A stretch of 64,000 bases of DNA from Octopus sinensis (lineage: Eukaryota), in assembly GCF_006345805.1 (NCBI RefSeq), contig NC_042998.1, positions 198,152,001 to 198,216,000 of the forward strand, read 5' to 3'. The stretch's first letter is position 1. Every line of letters begins with the position of its first letter. Under the pieces are notes generated by a model. That model made no database searches. It saw nothing but the letters and a program-made list of their open reading frames with translations, and had not been told where the DNA came from. The translations under genes were made by a program, and so were the position numbers. Positions 11,498 through 23,399 of this stretch are shown in pieces.

Positions 11498-12672
11498 AAT
11501 GACAGGATTTAGGATGTGCTACCCAAAATCTGACACAGAAAGGTTATATATACAATGTATCAAAGGTGGTAGAGGCTTTATACAGCTATAAAACTACTAC
11601 AAAATAATCACCATAGAATTACAGAGATACATGTTTCAGAAGCAAGGAAAACTAATACAAATAACCACAAAACACAAACAAAGCAAAAAACTGTTTTCAG
11701 TCTTTAAGGAAGGTGACTAATACAAAAAAGAAGTCATTGTACCCAAGAACTATGAAGAAAAAGAAAAAAAACAACAAAAGCTGTAAAACAGCTGAAATCC
11801 AAACAAAAACTGGAATAGCAACAGGTCATGATAAAACAATGGCAAGAAAAGCCAAATATTGGGTTAAGCTAAACAGAAAAGAAATAGACAAAGCAAAATA
11901 TTAACAATGGCTGAGAAGCTCAGGATTCAAAGCAGAGACTGAAGGATTTTTAATTGTAGCACAAGATCAAAACCTTCCCACCAGAAATCTCCAAAAACAT
12001 GTAATGAAAAGAAATACAAGTAACTGCGAGTATGTAGAGATGGAGGAGAGACAATAAATCATATTGTCTCTGACTGCCCAGAACTGGCTAAGAAGGAATA
12101 TATTCACAGACACAACAGAGTTGGGACCTATATACACTGGGAGCTATGCCAAGACTATGGAATAACAACAGAAAAAAGATGGTATAGGCACACACCAGAA
12201 AAGACCATAGAAAATGAGAAAGCAGCCATACTCTCGGATATGCCAATACACAGTTAGAGAAATCAAGGCTAATAGGCCAGATATAGTTGTCAGAGATCAC
12301 CAAGAAAAAAAAATGGTTTCTACTTGACAGATGACAGCGTTTCCCTAAAAGAAATTGAGAAACTTTCAAAATACAAAAATCTGGTAACTTGAATGCGGAA
12401 CCTAAAAACAGAAACAATTCCTATTATAGAAGGCACATTAGGTATGATAAAAAAAAAATATTCAGACAAATACATAACAAAAACACCAGAACTTACAAGT
12501 ACATATAACATACAGAAAATAGCATTACTAGGCACTGCACACATCCTACTTAAAACACTTCCAATAGAGTGAAAATAAGAACATCGCAACAAACTACAGT
12601 ACACACCCAAGGCACACAAAGCTGCGCTCGGTAGTGAAGTGAAAGCACGCTATAAAAATAATAATAATAATA
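11495..12672 (+). mobile_element. Degenerate R4/Dong-type (restriction-like endonuclease) LINE 3' portion
   Basis: Frameshifted pieces read YPKSDTERLYI..KGGRGFIQL, WLRSSGFKAETEGFLIVAQDQ, CCHC-knuckle remnants, ANRPDIVV, SKYK.L and IALLGTAHIL; (TAA)n tail. Confidence 0.85.
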
Positions 12673-12680
12673 AACTAAAA

Positions 12681-13022
12681 CAATACCTGTTGTCACAGGT
12701 TCCCTGGGAATGGTAGCAAAAGGAGCTAATTGCTACCTAGCTCAGATACCAGGAAACCCCAAAATGGCAGAAATTCAAGACAGTGTTCATGGGAACTGCT
12801 CATATCCTACACAAACTATTTTCTATGTAATCTCAAGTTTTAAAACAAACATAATTTTCTTATGGTTTCTTAAACATTCACTAGTACAACACTAAGTACA
12901 AAACCAAATATATGGCACCCTAGGCATAACACCAACATGAACTTCCAACTTGTTGTCTCTTGAGATCTCTGGGTGAGACTTGGATCCAACTTGTACAAAT
13001 GTAAAGCAAAAGTCAAACATAA

Positions 13023-13057
<35 letters not shown>
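12681..13057 (+). mobile_element. 3' end of a second R4/Dong-type LINE family
   Basis: IPVVTGSLGMVAKGANCYLAQIPGNPKMAEIQ...GTAHIL, a different 3' UTR and a (TAA)n tail at about 13022-13057. Confidence 0.75.
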
Positions 13058-13129
13058 GACAAGGTGTTAGAGCACTGAAGGCTGAATATAGTAGTAACCT
13101 TTAGGAGGGACGAACAAAAGTGGCTAATA

Positions 13130-13390
13130 ATCGATGAGGCAGTGCTAGGAGATCAAACATAAAGGTTGTTCTTGTTGTTGTTGGAGAACTAGGTTCAATA
13201 CCACCCAACCTGGAGAAACATCTGGAAACTTTAAAAATAACCTACAATCTTGGTTTATTACAAAAATCAGCTTTGCTTGGAACTGCATGCATTCTGCGTA
13301 AAGTACTGTCTGTCTAAGGTCCTTGTTGTGATTTGACAGACCGTATAAACCAATGGTACACACAGTATCTTCAATCTACATCACCAAATT
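13130..13390 (+). mobile_element. 3' end of a third R4/Dong-type LINE family
   Basis: VVVGELGSIPPNLEKHLETLKITYNLGLLQKSALLGTACILRKVLSV*. Confidence 0.75.
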
Positions 13391-13587
13391 GAACCCTGTG
13401 CAATATCTCTTCGATATTAATAACACTTTTCTGTATTCATGAACTCATGACTTATTAAGCTTTCTTTAGAAAAAAAAACGAAAAAAGAATGTTCTCAAAG
13501 TCTAGTCTGAGAACATGGCCCATCTGTATTTCTAAAACTTGTATATGTGTGTATATGTATGTGTGTATGTGTGTGTGTGTGTATATA

Positions 13588-13995
13588 TCTCTCTATATAT
13601 AAACGGCAGTTTGTCTGTCTGTGTGTCTGTGTGGCTGTCAGGTTGTACCCTCACCCTGACCACGGCTTTCAACCGATTCTAATGAAACTTGACACACAGA
13701 TAGCCCAACGTCATAATTCAAAACTAACACAGCGAAAATTTTGAAAAGTTCCCCCAGTTCTGAAAAAAATCGATAAATTCGACTTGAGGTCGAGAATCTA
13801 AGCTTTTTATATGCAACACATTTTCTGTCGGGAGACAGCTAGGAAAATCGTATACATAGAAGTATTCGAGTGAAGAGAAGATATTGCAGCCTACACATGC
13901 GCCTTCGTTCCCTAGAGGGAAAGAACTAGATTGGGATTGGTCGTTGCCTACTAGGGGCTCTTACATACCTGGGCAACGCCGGGCTATGCTGCTAG
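13588..13995 (+). mobile_element. Non-autonomous Helitron (second family)
   Basis: A|TCTCTCTATATATAAA at the 5' end; 3' CCTGGGCAACGCCGGG hairpin followed by CTAG|T. Confidence 0.8.
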
Positions 13996-14108
13996 TATAT
14001 ATATAAAATGAGGGTGAGAAATTTGATATTAATTTAATTAACATCGATTTCACACCAGTGGTCTAGCATATAAAAAAAACTGAAGGTTCAATAAAATTGT
14101 ATTATATA

Positions 14109-14326
14109 CACATTAGAAGGAAACTACTATGTGGACACTCTTATGCTAGAAATAGATCCGCTATGGCCTTACCACTAAGAAATGTTCTCAAGAAAAATTT
14201 AGCAAAACAACCAATGCGTTTTAGTTGTTTTGCGAAATTTTTTTTGAGAACATTTCTTAGTGGTAAGACCATAGCGGATCTATTTCTAGCATAAGGGTGT
14301 CCACACACTGGTTTCCCTCTAATATG
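14109..14326. mobile_element. Near-perfect palindromic (foldback) element in a TA context, probable MITE
   Basis: Arms of about 100 bp pair with few mismatches around a loop of about 13 nt. The ORF track gives almost the same peptide on both strands. Confidence 0.8.
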
Positions 14327-14761
14327 TATATATATATATATATGTATATATATCACATCACACTAGGTACTCAAAATATCTGCCTACCTGTTTATCTATA
14401 ATTTGCACAACAGAAACCTATACTAAGACGTTTAGTATACACTTAGCTGAAGCCACATTATTGAAAGGAAGAATCACTAAAGTTTGATCAATTCATTAAT
14501 TGTAGGTTAGTCTTTGGCAATGCAAAGTACAGGCTTTTGGTAACGTCCAATTAACATAACCAACATCTTACCTCTATAATTATTGCAGCAGCAATCCAGT
14601 TAAGTCTCCATAGTGTTGGCTGTATTAGTTCTGCATGAATGTCCAATATGAATTGAAGGTTAGAAACACCAATTGCATTGGATGCTGTGCCTCCCGTAAC
14701 CCTAACGATAGATACTGGTGTAGTCAATAATGATGCTGCTGATCATGATGCTGATATTTTT

Positions 14762-15005
14762 TTACTCTTTTACTTGTTTCAGTCATTTGACTGCGGCCAT
14801 GCTGGAGCACCGCCTTTAGTCGAGCAAATCGACCCCCGGGACTTATTCTTTTGTAAGTCCAGTACTTATTCTATCGGTCTCTTTTGCTGAACCGCTAAGT
14901 GACAGGGACGTAGACACACCAGCATCGGTTGTCAAGCAATGCTAGGGGGACAAACACACACACAAACATATACATACACATACATACATATATATACATA
15001 TATAC
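14762..15005 (-). mobile_element. SINE-A 3' half
   Basis: Begins TTACTCTTTTACTTGTTTCAGTCATTTGACTGCGGCC and ends in the internal microsatellite. Confidence 0.85.
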
Positions 15006-15029
15006 GAGAGAAAGCATTACTCAAGAAAC

Positions 15030-15210
15030 AGGAAGAAAGTGTGAGAGAAAGTTGGGCGAAAGAGTACAACAGGGGTCGCCACCATCCCCTGCCGGAGCCA
15101 CGTGCAGTTTTAGGTGTTTTTGCTCAATAAACACACACAACGCCCAGTCTGGGAATCGAAACCGCGATCCTCCAATCACGAGTCCACTGCCCTAACCACT
15201 GGGCCATTGG
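15030..15210 (-). mobile_element. SINE-F fragment (5' part)
   Basis: Homologous to 61800-61984. Confidence 0.75.
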
Positions 15211-15611
15211 ATGATACCTATGGGTGAATTCCAAAGGAGTGCATCACTGGATATCAAAGGAACGGGAGGCTGTTTAGTATGGAGTGGACAAGATAACATA
15301 GTCAGTCATAGGTTGAGAGCAGTAGTTTACATGTAAGCTTAGACTGAGGAGGAACACAAAGAACTAAAGTCGTAATAGTGGTAGATATGACAGAGAGAGG
15401 ACACAGCATGTAGATGAGTGTGTGAGGATTTGTCATTAAATAACTCGCCTTGTTTTTTTTGGCAAACACAGAGGGACGTTTATTTAACCACTGCTTTTCT
15501 ATCTTCTAGCAATAAAGCATATGTCCGTTCCTCTGTCCATCTGTCTCTGAAGTTATTACCAACCAGACTGATATGGCGCCAAGTAATGAAATGAAGGTTC
15601 AACAGTTTGTA

Positions 15612-15945
15612 TCATCACCATCACGATCATCATTTAACGTCCGCTTTCTATGCTAGCACATGTTGGACGATTCGACCGGGGTCTGGGAAGCCAGGAGGCT
15701 GCACCAGGCTCCAGTCTGATCTGGCAGTGTTTCTACAGCTGGATGCCCTTCCTAACGCCAACCACTCCATGAGTGTAGTGGATGCTTTTTACGTGCCACT
15801 GGCACAGAAGCCAGTCAAGGCGGCGCTGGCAACAGCCACGTTTGGATGGTGCTTTTTACGTGCCACGCGCACAGAAGCCAGTCAAGGCAGCGCTGGCATC
15901 GACCATGTTCGGATGGTGCTTTTTACGTGCCACCGGCACAGGTAT
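15612..15945 (-). mobile_element. Family C copy
   Basis: Conserved body plus three TTTTTACGTGCCAC modules. Confidence 0.85.
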
Positions 15946-16530
15946 CACTACTACTATTTCCATTGAAATTTATTTCAATAAGCAAAACTTTCATAAGTCT
16001 CAGTCCACCTAGCTGTAAGTAAGCCCTCTGTATGTTGGTATAGTTCTCCATACTGTGTCTATGACTAAGACGTTTAACAGTTATTGTCTAAGTCAGCGCA
16101 ACTGGGTCATGCAGTACACAACATTAAGTCGCTGTATTATGTTAAATTCCTATAACAAAATTATTATTGGTTGACCTACCCATAATAAATGACCTACCTA
16201 GCTGATGAATGTAAACTGATTCTTGGACACACACCACTGGACATGCTTCTATAGATAAAAACCAGTTTTTCTTGACATGACCTCCCCAGAAATTGTGTAA
16301 TCTAGAGACACAATGAAAGGTATGTGGGTGTAAAGAATGTTAGTTGGGCAATAAATTCAGCATTTTTTCTGGTTTTGCCGAGCAGCAGTTTATACTTTTA
16401 TTTCATGTAATTATATCCTAACACAACACACAAGTGGCTCGTTCCACAGCACTAAAATTAGGTACCAAAAAGTAATGAAAATTCCTAATTTGCCACAGAC
16501 CAGGCATGGACAACATCACCAAAAAATAAT

Positions 16531-16925
16531 TACTCTTTTACTTGTTTCAGTCATTTGACTGCGGCCATGCTGGAGCACTGCCTTTAATCGAGCAACTCGA
16601 ACCTGGGACTTATTCTTTTGTAAGCCCAGTACTTATTCTATTGGTCTCTTTTGCCGAACCGCTAAGTAATGGGGACATAAACACACCAGCATCAGTTGTC
16701 AAGCAATGCTAGGGGGACAAACACAGACACACAAACACACACGCGCGCGTATATATATATATATATACAACGGGCTTCTTTCAGTTTCCGTCTACCAAAT
16801 CCACGTACAAGGCTTTGGTCGGTCCGAGGCTATAGTAGAAGACACTTGCCCAAGGTGCCACGCAGTGGGACTGATCCCGGAACCATGTGGTTGGTAAACA
16901 AGCTACTTACCACACAGCCACTCCT
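16531..16925 (-). mobile_element. SINE-A, near full length
   Basis: Reverse-complement match to the A copies. Confidence 0.9.
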
Positions 16926-17242
16926 CATCGGGCAAGCCATTCAGAAAGGTCATATGTGGCCTGTGGACCACAGGTTGCCACAAGCGTCACAGACACTGTA
17001 TTGAATTTTTATTTACCCAACCCTTCTTCTGCAGGAACCACGACCTAAACTTATTGGTCTCCTCCCTATTCTTGCTTTCTTGTTCACCCACTGACTAACA
17101 ACAGTTTAGAATTTAACATTAATCATCCAACACAGTCTCTAGTAATCTTTAGACAACAGACTTAGCAGTAAAGAAGAGGGTTTTAAGAAAGCTATGTGCA
17201 TAAGCCTTCTGAGTAAAAGAAACAGATACATATCTACTCATA

Positions 17243-18113
17243 CCAACCACATGGTTCCGGGTTCAGTCCCACTGCATGGCACCTTGGGCAAGTGTCTTCT
17301 ACTTTGGCCCCGGGCCGACCAAAGCCTTGTGAGTGGATTTGGTAGACGGAAACTGAAAAGAAGCCTGTCGTATATATATATATATATATATATACTAGCA
17401 GTATCACCCGGCGTTGCTTGGGTTTGTAAGGGAAATAACTATATAAGCATTTTTAGAGAGTTACTTCCCTTATAAATTCGGGCTTTCTTAGCCATTTTTG
17501 TTTTGGTGTCTTCAAGCCATGAAGTCGTTGTTCTAAAAGAACGCTGGTTTCCTTCACAAAGCATTACGACGTTGATTTCTTTACACTCCCTTCCCCACAG
17601 CTTCACGAGGGAGGGAAGGGGGAGAAGCAACAGGTGCAGCTGTGAGCGTGGACGCCAACTCCGCCGCCATCGACACACGATGCATTTTATGCATTAAAAT
17701 GGAATAAAAAATGATGTTAAATTATTTTTAAAATCGTAGACTCATCGTTGACGCGCGCTAATAGTCAGACGGGCTCAATATGAATCACGACTATAAGATA
17801 CCCAGTTTTGGTTAAACTGCACCGCAAAATGTGGGAGGAGTTAGGAATCTAAATCGAAGGGGACAGACACTCACACAACTAGAGTTTTATATATATAGAT
17901 GTATGTGTGTGTTTGTGTTTGTCCCCCTAGCATTGCTTGACAACCGATGCTGGTGTGTTTATGTCCCCGTCACTTAGCGGTTCGGCAAAAGAGACCGATA
18001 GAATAAGTACTGGGCTTACAAAGAATAAGTCCCGGGGTCGATTTGCTCGACTAAAGGCGGTGCTCCAGCATGGCCACAATCAAATGACTGAAACAAGTAA
18101 AAGAATAAAAGAA
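17243..18113 (+). mobile_element. 5'-truncated SINE-A interrupted by a Helitron and flanked by a 90-bp direct repeat
   Basis: A body at 17243-17394 and 17900-18113; flanks 17153-17242 and 18114-18203 differ at 2 positions. Confidence 0.85.
17395..17899 (-). mobile_element. Non-autonomous Helitron inserted in the (TA)n tract of SINE-A
   Basis: Same termini and subterminal sequence as 7090-7590, with an extra internal segment. Confidence 0.8.
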
Positions 18114-18248
18114 ACAACAGACTTAGCAGTAAAGAAGAGGGGTTTAAGAAAGCTATGTGCATAAGCCTTCCGAGTAAAAGAAACAGATACATATCTACTC
18201 ATAACCATGTAAACACACACATACACACATATAAATTATATACATATA

Positions 18249-18645
18249 GGTGCAGGAGTGGCTGTGTGGTAAGTAGCTTGCTAACCAACCATATGGTTCC
18301 GGGTTCAGTCCCACTGCGTGGCATCTTGGGCAAGTGTCTTCTGCTATAGCCCCGGGCCGACCAAAGCCTTGTGAGTGGATTTGGTAGACGGAAACTAAAA
18401 GAAGCCTGTCGTATATATGCATATATATATATATATATGTGTGTTTGTGTGTCTGTGTTTGTTCCCCTAGCATTGCTTGACAACCGATGCTGGTGTGTTT
18501 ACGTCCCCGTCACTTAGTGGTTCGGCAAAAGAGACTGATAGAATAAGTACTGGGCTTACAAAGAATAAGTCCCGGGGTCGATTTGCTCGACTAAAGGCAG
18601 TACTCCAGCATGGCCGCAGTCAAACAAGTAAAAGAGTAAAAGAGT
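18249..18645 (+). mobile_element. SINE-A with 24-bp TSD
   Basis: ACACACATATAAATTATATACATA occurs at 18223-18246 and 18654-18677. Confidence 0.88.
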
Positions 18646-19059
18646 ATACAAAAACACACATATAAATTATATACATACAGAAACACACATATATGTATGA
18701 AGCAGTGACAGATAGATATGTCAAAAGCTGACTCAGTCGTTATAAAATATTCGCAAATATTTGAATGCTATGAAAAAAGGAGGGAGAAACAGAGAGAGAG
18801 AGAGAGAGAGAGAGAAACAGAGACAGACAGACACTCCTGTAAGACACATAATCACATACCTCTGGTGTAGTGGACTGTGTTGTTGGATCTGTTTGGGGGT
18901 GTGTGTGATACAATGGGTTGTGTGTGTGTGTCGTGTATATCTGTAGGTGTGTTTGTGACTTTTACTGTATATTAATGTGTGTGCACGAGAGTGTTAATTT
19001 GTGTTGTACAAGTCAGGCTGTTACATATTCAATGTAGAAGACTGACCAGGGTAAACAGG

Positions 19060-19177
19060 ATTTACAGTGTGTGTGTGTGTGTGTGTGTGAGTAAGAGATA
19101 AATTGTATATCTGTGTGAGCATGTGTGCTCGAGACATTTCCCCCACACACACAGACAATAACATACATAACTTGATA

Positions 19178-19217
<40 letters not shown>

Positions 19218-19740
19218 TGTGCGTGGTGTGTGTGTGGTGTGTGTGGTGTGTGTGTGTGTGTGTATGTATGTGTTTGAGTAAGAGATAAATTATATGTCTG
19301 TGTGAGCATGTGCTCAAGACATTCCCACACACACACACACACACACACACAGACAGTAATACACATAACTTGATACAGTGTGTGTATGTGTGAAAGCATG
19401 AGTGTGTACAAGTTTGCAACTGCATATGTGTGCATGTGCTTGCGTGTGTGTGTGTGTGTGTGTGTGTGTATGCGTGTGTGTTTGTGCGTGGTGTGTGTGT
19501 GGTGTGTGTGTGTGTGTGTGTATGTGTGTGTGTATGTGTGTGCGTGTGTGTTTGTGTGGTGTGTGTGTGGTGTGTGTGTGTGTGTGTGTGTGACTCAGTG
19601 TCTATCTGTGTGTGTGTAGATATGTCTGTCTATTGTACTGAGAATATATAGGTGTTTGCATATATATATATATATATGTATGTGTGTATAAGTCAGCAGC
19701 TGGTGTATGCCTGTACGTATGTGCTTATGTATGTAGATGT

Positions 19741-19779
<39 letters not shown>

Positions 19780-19860
19780 TGTGCCTGTACACACACACAC
19801 ACGCACACACACACACACACACACACCACACACACACACACACGCACACATATCTATATT
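19060..19860. repeat. Compound (GT)n/(CA)n/(TA)n microsatellite with an internal duplication of about 190 bp period
   Basis: GAGTAAGAGATAAATT...CATAACTTGATACAGTG occurs at about 19088 and 19277. Confidence 0.85.
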
Positions 19861-20056
19861 TGTGCATGGATTGTGTCAGAAGATAAGATCAAAGCAATGT
19901 TTTCTTCAATAAATCAACTGTTCTGCTATGGTAGTGTTGTGGTTAACAAACTGCTGACGTATTATGAAAGGCACAAAGGTAAAGGTTCCAAGTTCAACCT
20001 CAGCCTAAGGAAATGAAGGGATGTATGCGTGTATTTATGTCTGTATGAAAAAGAAG

Positions 20057-21835
20057 CGGTTAGAGCATCAGGCTCACAATCATGAGGTGGTGAGTTCGAT
20101 TCCTAGATCGGGCTATGTGTTGTGTTCTTGAGCAAGACACTTTATTTCACATTGCTCTTGTTCATTCAGCTGTAGAAATGAGTTGCAATAAGGCAGCGAG
20201 CTGGCAGAAACGTTAGCACCCTGGGCGAAATGTGTAGCCGTATTTCGTCTGCCGTTACGTTCTGAGTTCAAATTCCACCGAGGTCGACTTTGCTTTTCAT
20301 CCTTTCGGGGTCGATAAATTGAGTCCCAGTTACGCACTGGGGTCGATATAATTGACTTAATCCATTTGTCTGTCCTTGTTTGTCCCCTCTGTGTGTAGCC
20401 CCTTGTGGATAGTAAAGAAATAGGTATTTCGTCTGTCTTTACGTTCAGAGTTCAAATTCCACCGTGGTCGACTTTGCCTTTCATCCTTTCGGGGTTGATT
20501 AAATAAGTACCAGTTACACACTGGGGTCGAGGTAATTGACTTAATCCATTTGTCTGTCCTTGTTTGTCCCCTCTGTGTGTAGCCCCTTGTTGATAGTAAA
20601 GAAATAGGTATTTCGTCTGTCTTACGTTCAGAGTTCAAATTCCACCACCGAGGTCGACTTTGCCTTTCAATCCTTTCGGGGTTGATAAATTAAGTACCAG
20701 ATATGCACTGGGGTCGATATAATCGACTTAATACCTATGTCTGTCCTTGTTTGTCCCCTCTGTGTGTAGCCCCTTGTGGATAGTAAAGAAATAGGTATTT
20801 CGTCTGTCTTTACGTTCAGAGTTCAAATTCCACCGAGGTCGACTTTGCCTTTCATCCTTTCGGGGTTGATTAAATAAGTACCAGTTACACACTGGGGTCG
20901 AGGTAATCGACTTAATCCATTTGTCTGTCCTTGTTTGTCCCCTCTGTGTGTAGCCCCTTGTGGATAGTAAAGAAATAGGTATTTCGTCTGTCTTTACGTT
21001 CAGAGTTCAAATTCCACCGTGGTCGACTTTGCCTTTCATCCTTTCGGGGTTGATTAAATAAGTACCAGTTACACACTGGGGTCGAGGTAATTGACTTAAT
21101 CCATTTGTCTGTCCTTGTTTGTCCCCTCTGTGTGTAGCCCCTTGTGGATAGTAAAGAAATAGGTATTTCGTCTGTCTTTACGTTCAGAGTTCAAATTCCA
21201 CCGAGGTCGACTTTGCCTTTCATCCTTTCGGGGTTGATAAATTAAGTACCAGATATGCACTGGGGTCGATATAATCGACTTAATACCTATGTCTGTCCTT
21301 GTTTGTCCCCTCTGTGTGTAGCCCCTTGTGGATAGTAAAGAAATAGGTATTTCGTCTGTCTTTACGTTCAGAGTTCAAATTCCACCGAGGTCGACTTTGC
21401 CTTTCATCCTTTCGGGGTTGATTAAATAAGTACCAGTTACACACTGGGGTCGAGGTAATCGACTTAATCCATTTGTCTGTCCTTGTTTGTCCCCTCTGTG
21501 TGTAGCCCCTTGTGGATAGTAAAGAAATAGGTATTTCGTCTGTCTTTACGTTCAGAGTTCAAATTCCACCGAGGTCGACTTTGCCTTTCATCCTTTCGGG
21601 GTTGATAAATTAAGTACCATTTATGCACTGGGGTCGATATAATCGACTTAATCCCTTTGTCTGTTCTTGTTGGCAGTAAAGAAATAAGAAATGAGTTGCA
21701 ATATCACTGGTGCCAAGCTGTATTGGCCTTTGCCTTTCCCTTGGATAACACTGGTAGTGTGGAAAGGCAGGGTCAGGTATGTATGTTCAACTGTTGGTTT
21801 CCATAAGCAAGGGAACCTTTAGGTGCAATCCCACG
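20057..21835 (+). mobile_element. SINE-D host element split by the SINE-B array
   Basis: tRNA-like head and TTGAGCAAGACACTTTATTTCACATTGCTC at 20057-20190; resumes at 21704. Confidence 0.7.
20191..21686 (+). mobile_element. SINE-B octamer: one head plus eight units of about 184 bp, 17-bp TSD
   Basis: GTTCAAATTCC recurs at about 20266, 20450, 20633, 20821, 21005, 21189, 21373 and 21557. AGAAATGAGTTGCAATA occurs at 20174-20190 and 21687-21703. Confidence 0.92.
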
Positions 21836-22059
21836 GTAAGTCATGACCAAAGAGGGTTTTACCCTTTATGATACCCTAAGAATAAACCTCAAGCATCATA
21901 TTTTAAAAACTTCTAGTCTGCACACACAGGATTTTAAAGTTCATGTCTCTGAAGTAGAAATTACAATGGGGAGAATAAAGGTAGAGTACAGACTAATTTT
22001 GTGGCACTGGTAATGTCTCACCTGTTCCAGATTGTATTTCTTAGTCTTCTAAATGTAAC

Positions 22060-22182
22060 CTGTTCTTTTTCACATCCTCTGATCCATCTGTGAAATAAAT
22101 TCTATCATCTTCTAATTCAGAGTCATCCATTGTAATCAAGAACTTGACCGAATGATTCAGTGATGGTACCACAACGTGGTAT
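22060..22182 (-). other. Weak candidate host exon (123 nt, frame-preserving)
   Basis: Acceptor CTACTTTTTCTGTCATATCTAG, open frame YHVVVPSLNHSVKFLITMDDSELEDDRIYFTDGSEDVKKNR, donor AG|GTTACA. No recognised homology. Confidence 0.2.
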
Positions 22183-23399
22183 CTAGATATGACAGAAAAA
22201 GTAGCTATCTCTCCCTCAAAACATCCCACTCTCTTCAGTATGACTTGGTAGCCTATAATATTTTTGCTAAATTGTTTTAGGTACCTAAGTGGTTTTGAGC
22301 AGACACACACCCTTGGTCTACTAAACATCGAGAATGTGACAGCTAGAGGAGAGCAAGTTGCACCCGCACTGGAGTTCTCTTTCATATTGTTCCTCAAAAG
22401 GATGAAAGACAAAGATGATCTTGGCTGGATTTGAACTCAGAGCACAGGGCTGGAACAAATATCTCAACAGATTCTACCCAACACTACCAAAAACTATGCC
22501 AATCAACTAATCCTCCACCACTCACACACACATACATATATATATATATATACACACACACACTCTAATAGTAAAGTATGTTTTGAGGTAGATGTAGTTG
22601 CTATTTCTAGCAGGTCACTTTTTTTAACAATTCTTAAAATGAAAGCTGTCCATTTATGTTTACCTATGTCTACTCATAAAGATGTTATGTAAAATAGCAT
22701 TCACGGCGGTGGTGCCCCAGCATGGCCGCAGCCTTCGGGCTGAAACATTTTTAAGGATTTAAGGATTTATAATGTAAATGAAATCCAACACCACGTTGGA
22801 TTTCATAGCTTAACTCCAGGTCAGTCCCATACTAGTTGACCCAAGATCAAAAGCATTCCAGCCATGGCCATCATCTTTTTTTGCTTTTTCCTCTGCAGAC
22901 ACAATATGCTTAAAACTACACAGTCGTGGTTCTTTCTTTCCTTTTTTAAGATGGTAAGGTAATGATTTGAAGGAGACTAGGCTGCTACTTTTAGCATGTC
23001 AAGTAACAATACAATTAGTAGTTTAAGACAGAGGGACATGGCCTAGTGCTTTATAGTGTTCACTCTGCTTCGCTGCACAAGGTCATCTACCTTATAGCTT
23101 TTCAATGATAAAAGTACTATTCTCATGCTAGGGTGTCAAGGCTTCTTTCCTTCACGCCGTGTTGTACTTTCAATCTGTATTGTACATGCAATTTAAAACT
23201 ACAGCCTTGTTACTGATTTACACTGATTTAGCCTCAGAATTACATCAGAGGTGCATGTCTCTGCAGAATAATCAACTACAGACATGTTAATTTGAATTCA
23301 GGGAATTCTGTTGATCAAACAACTGAAAGCTCATCAACGAAGACCGATGGTGGGGTGGGGGAAAGTACATCACCACAATGCAGATGTACATACGCACAT

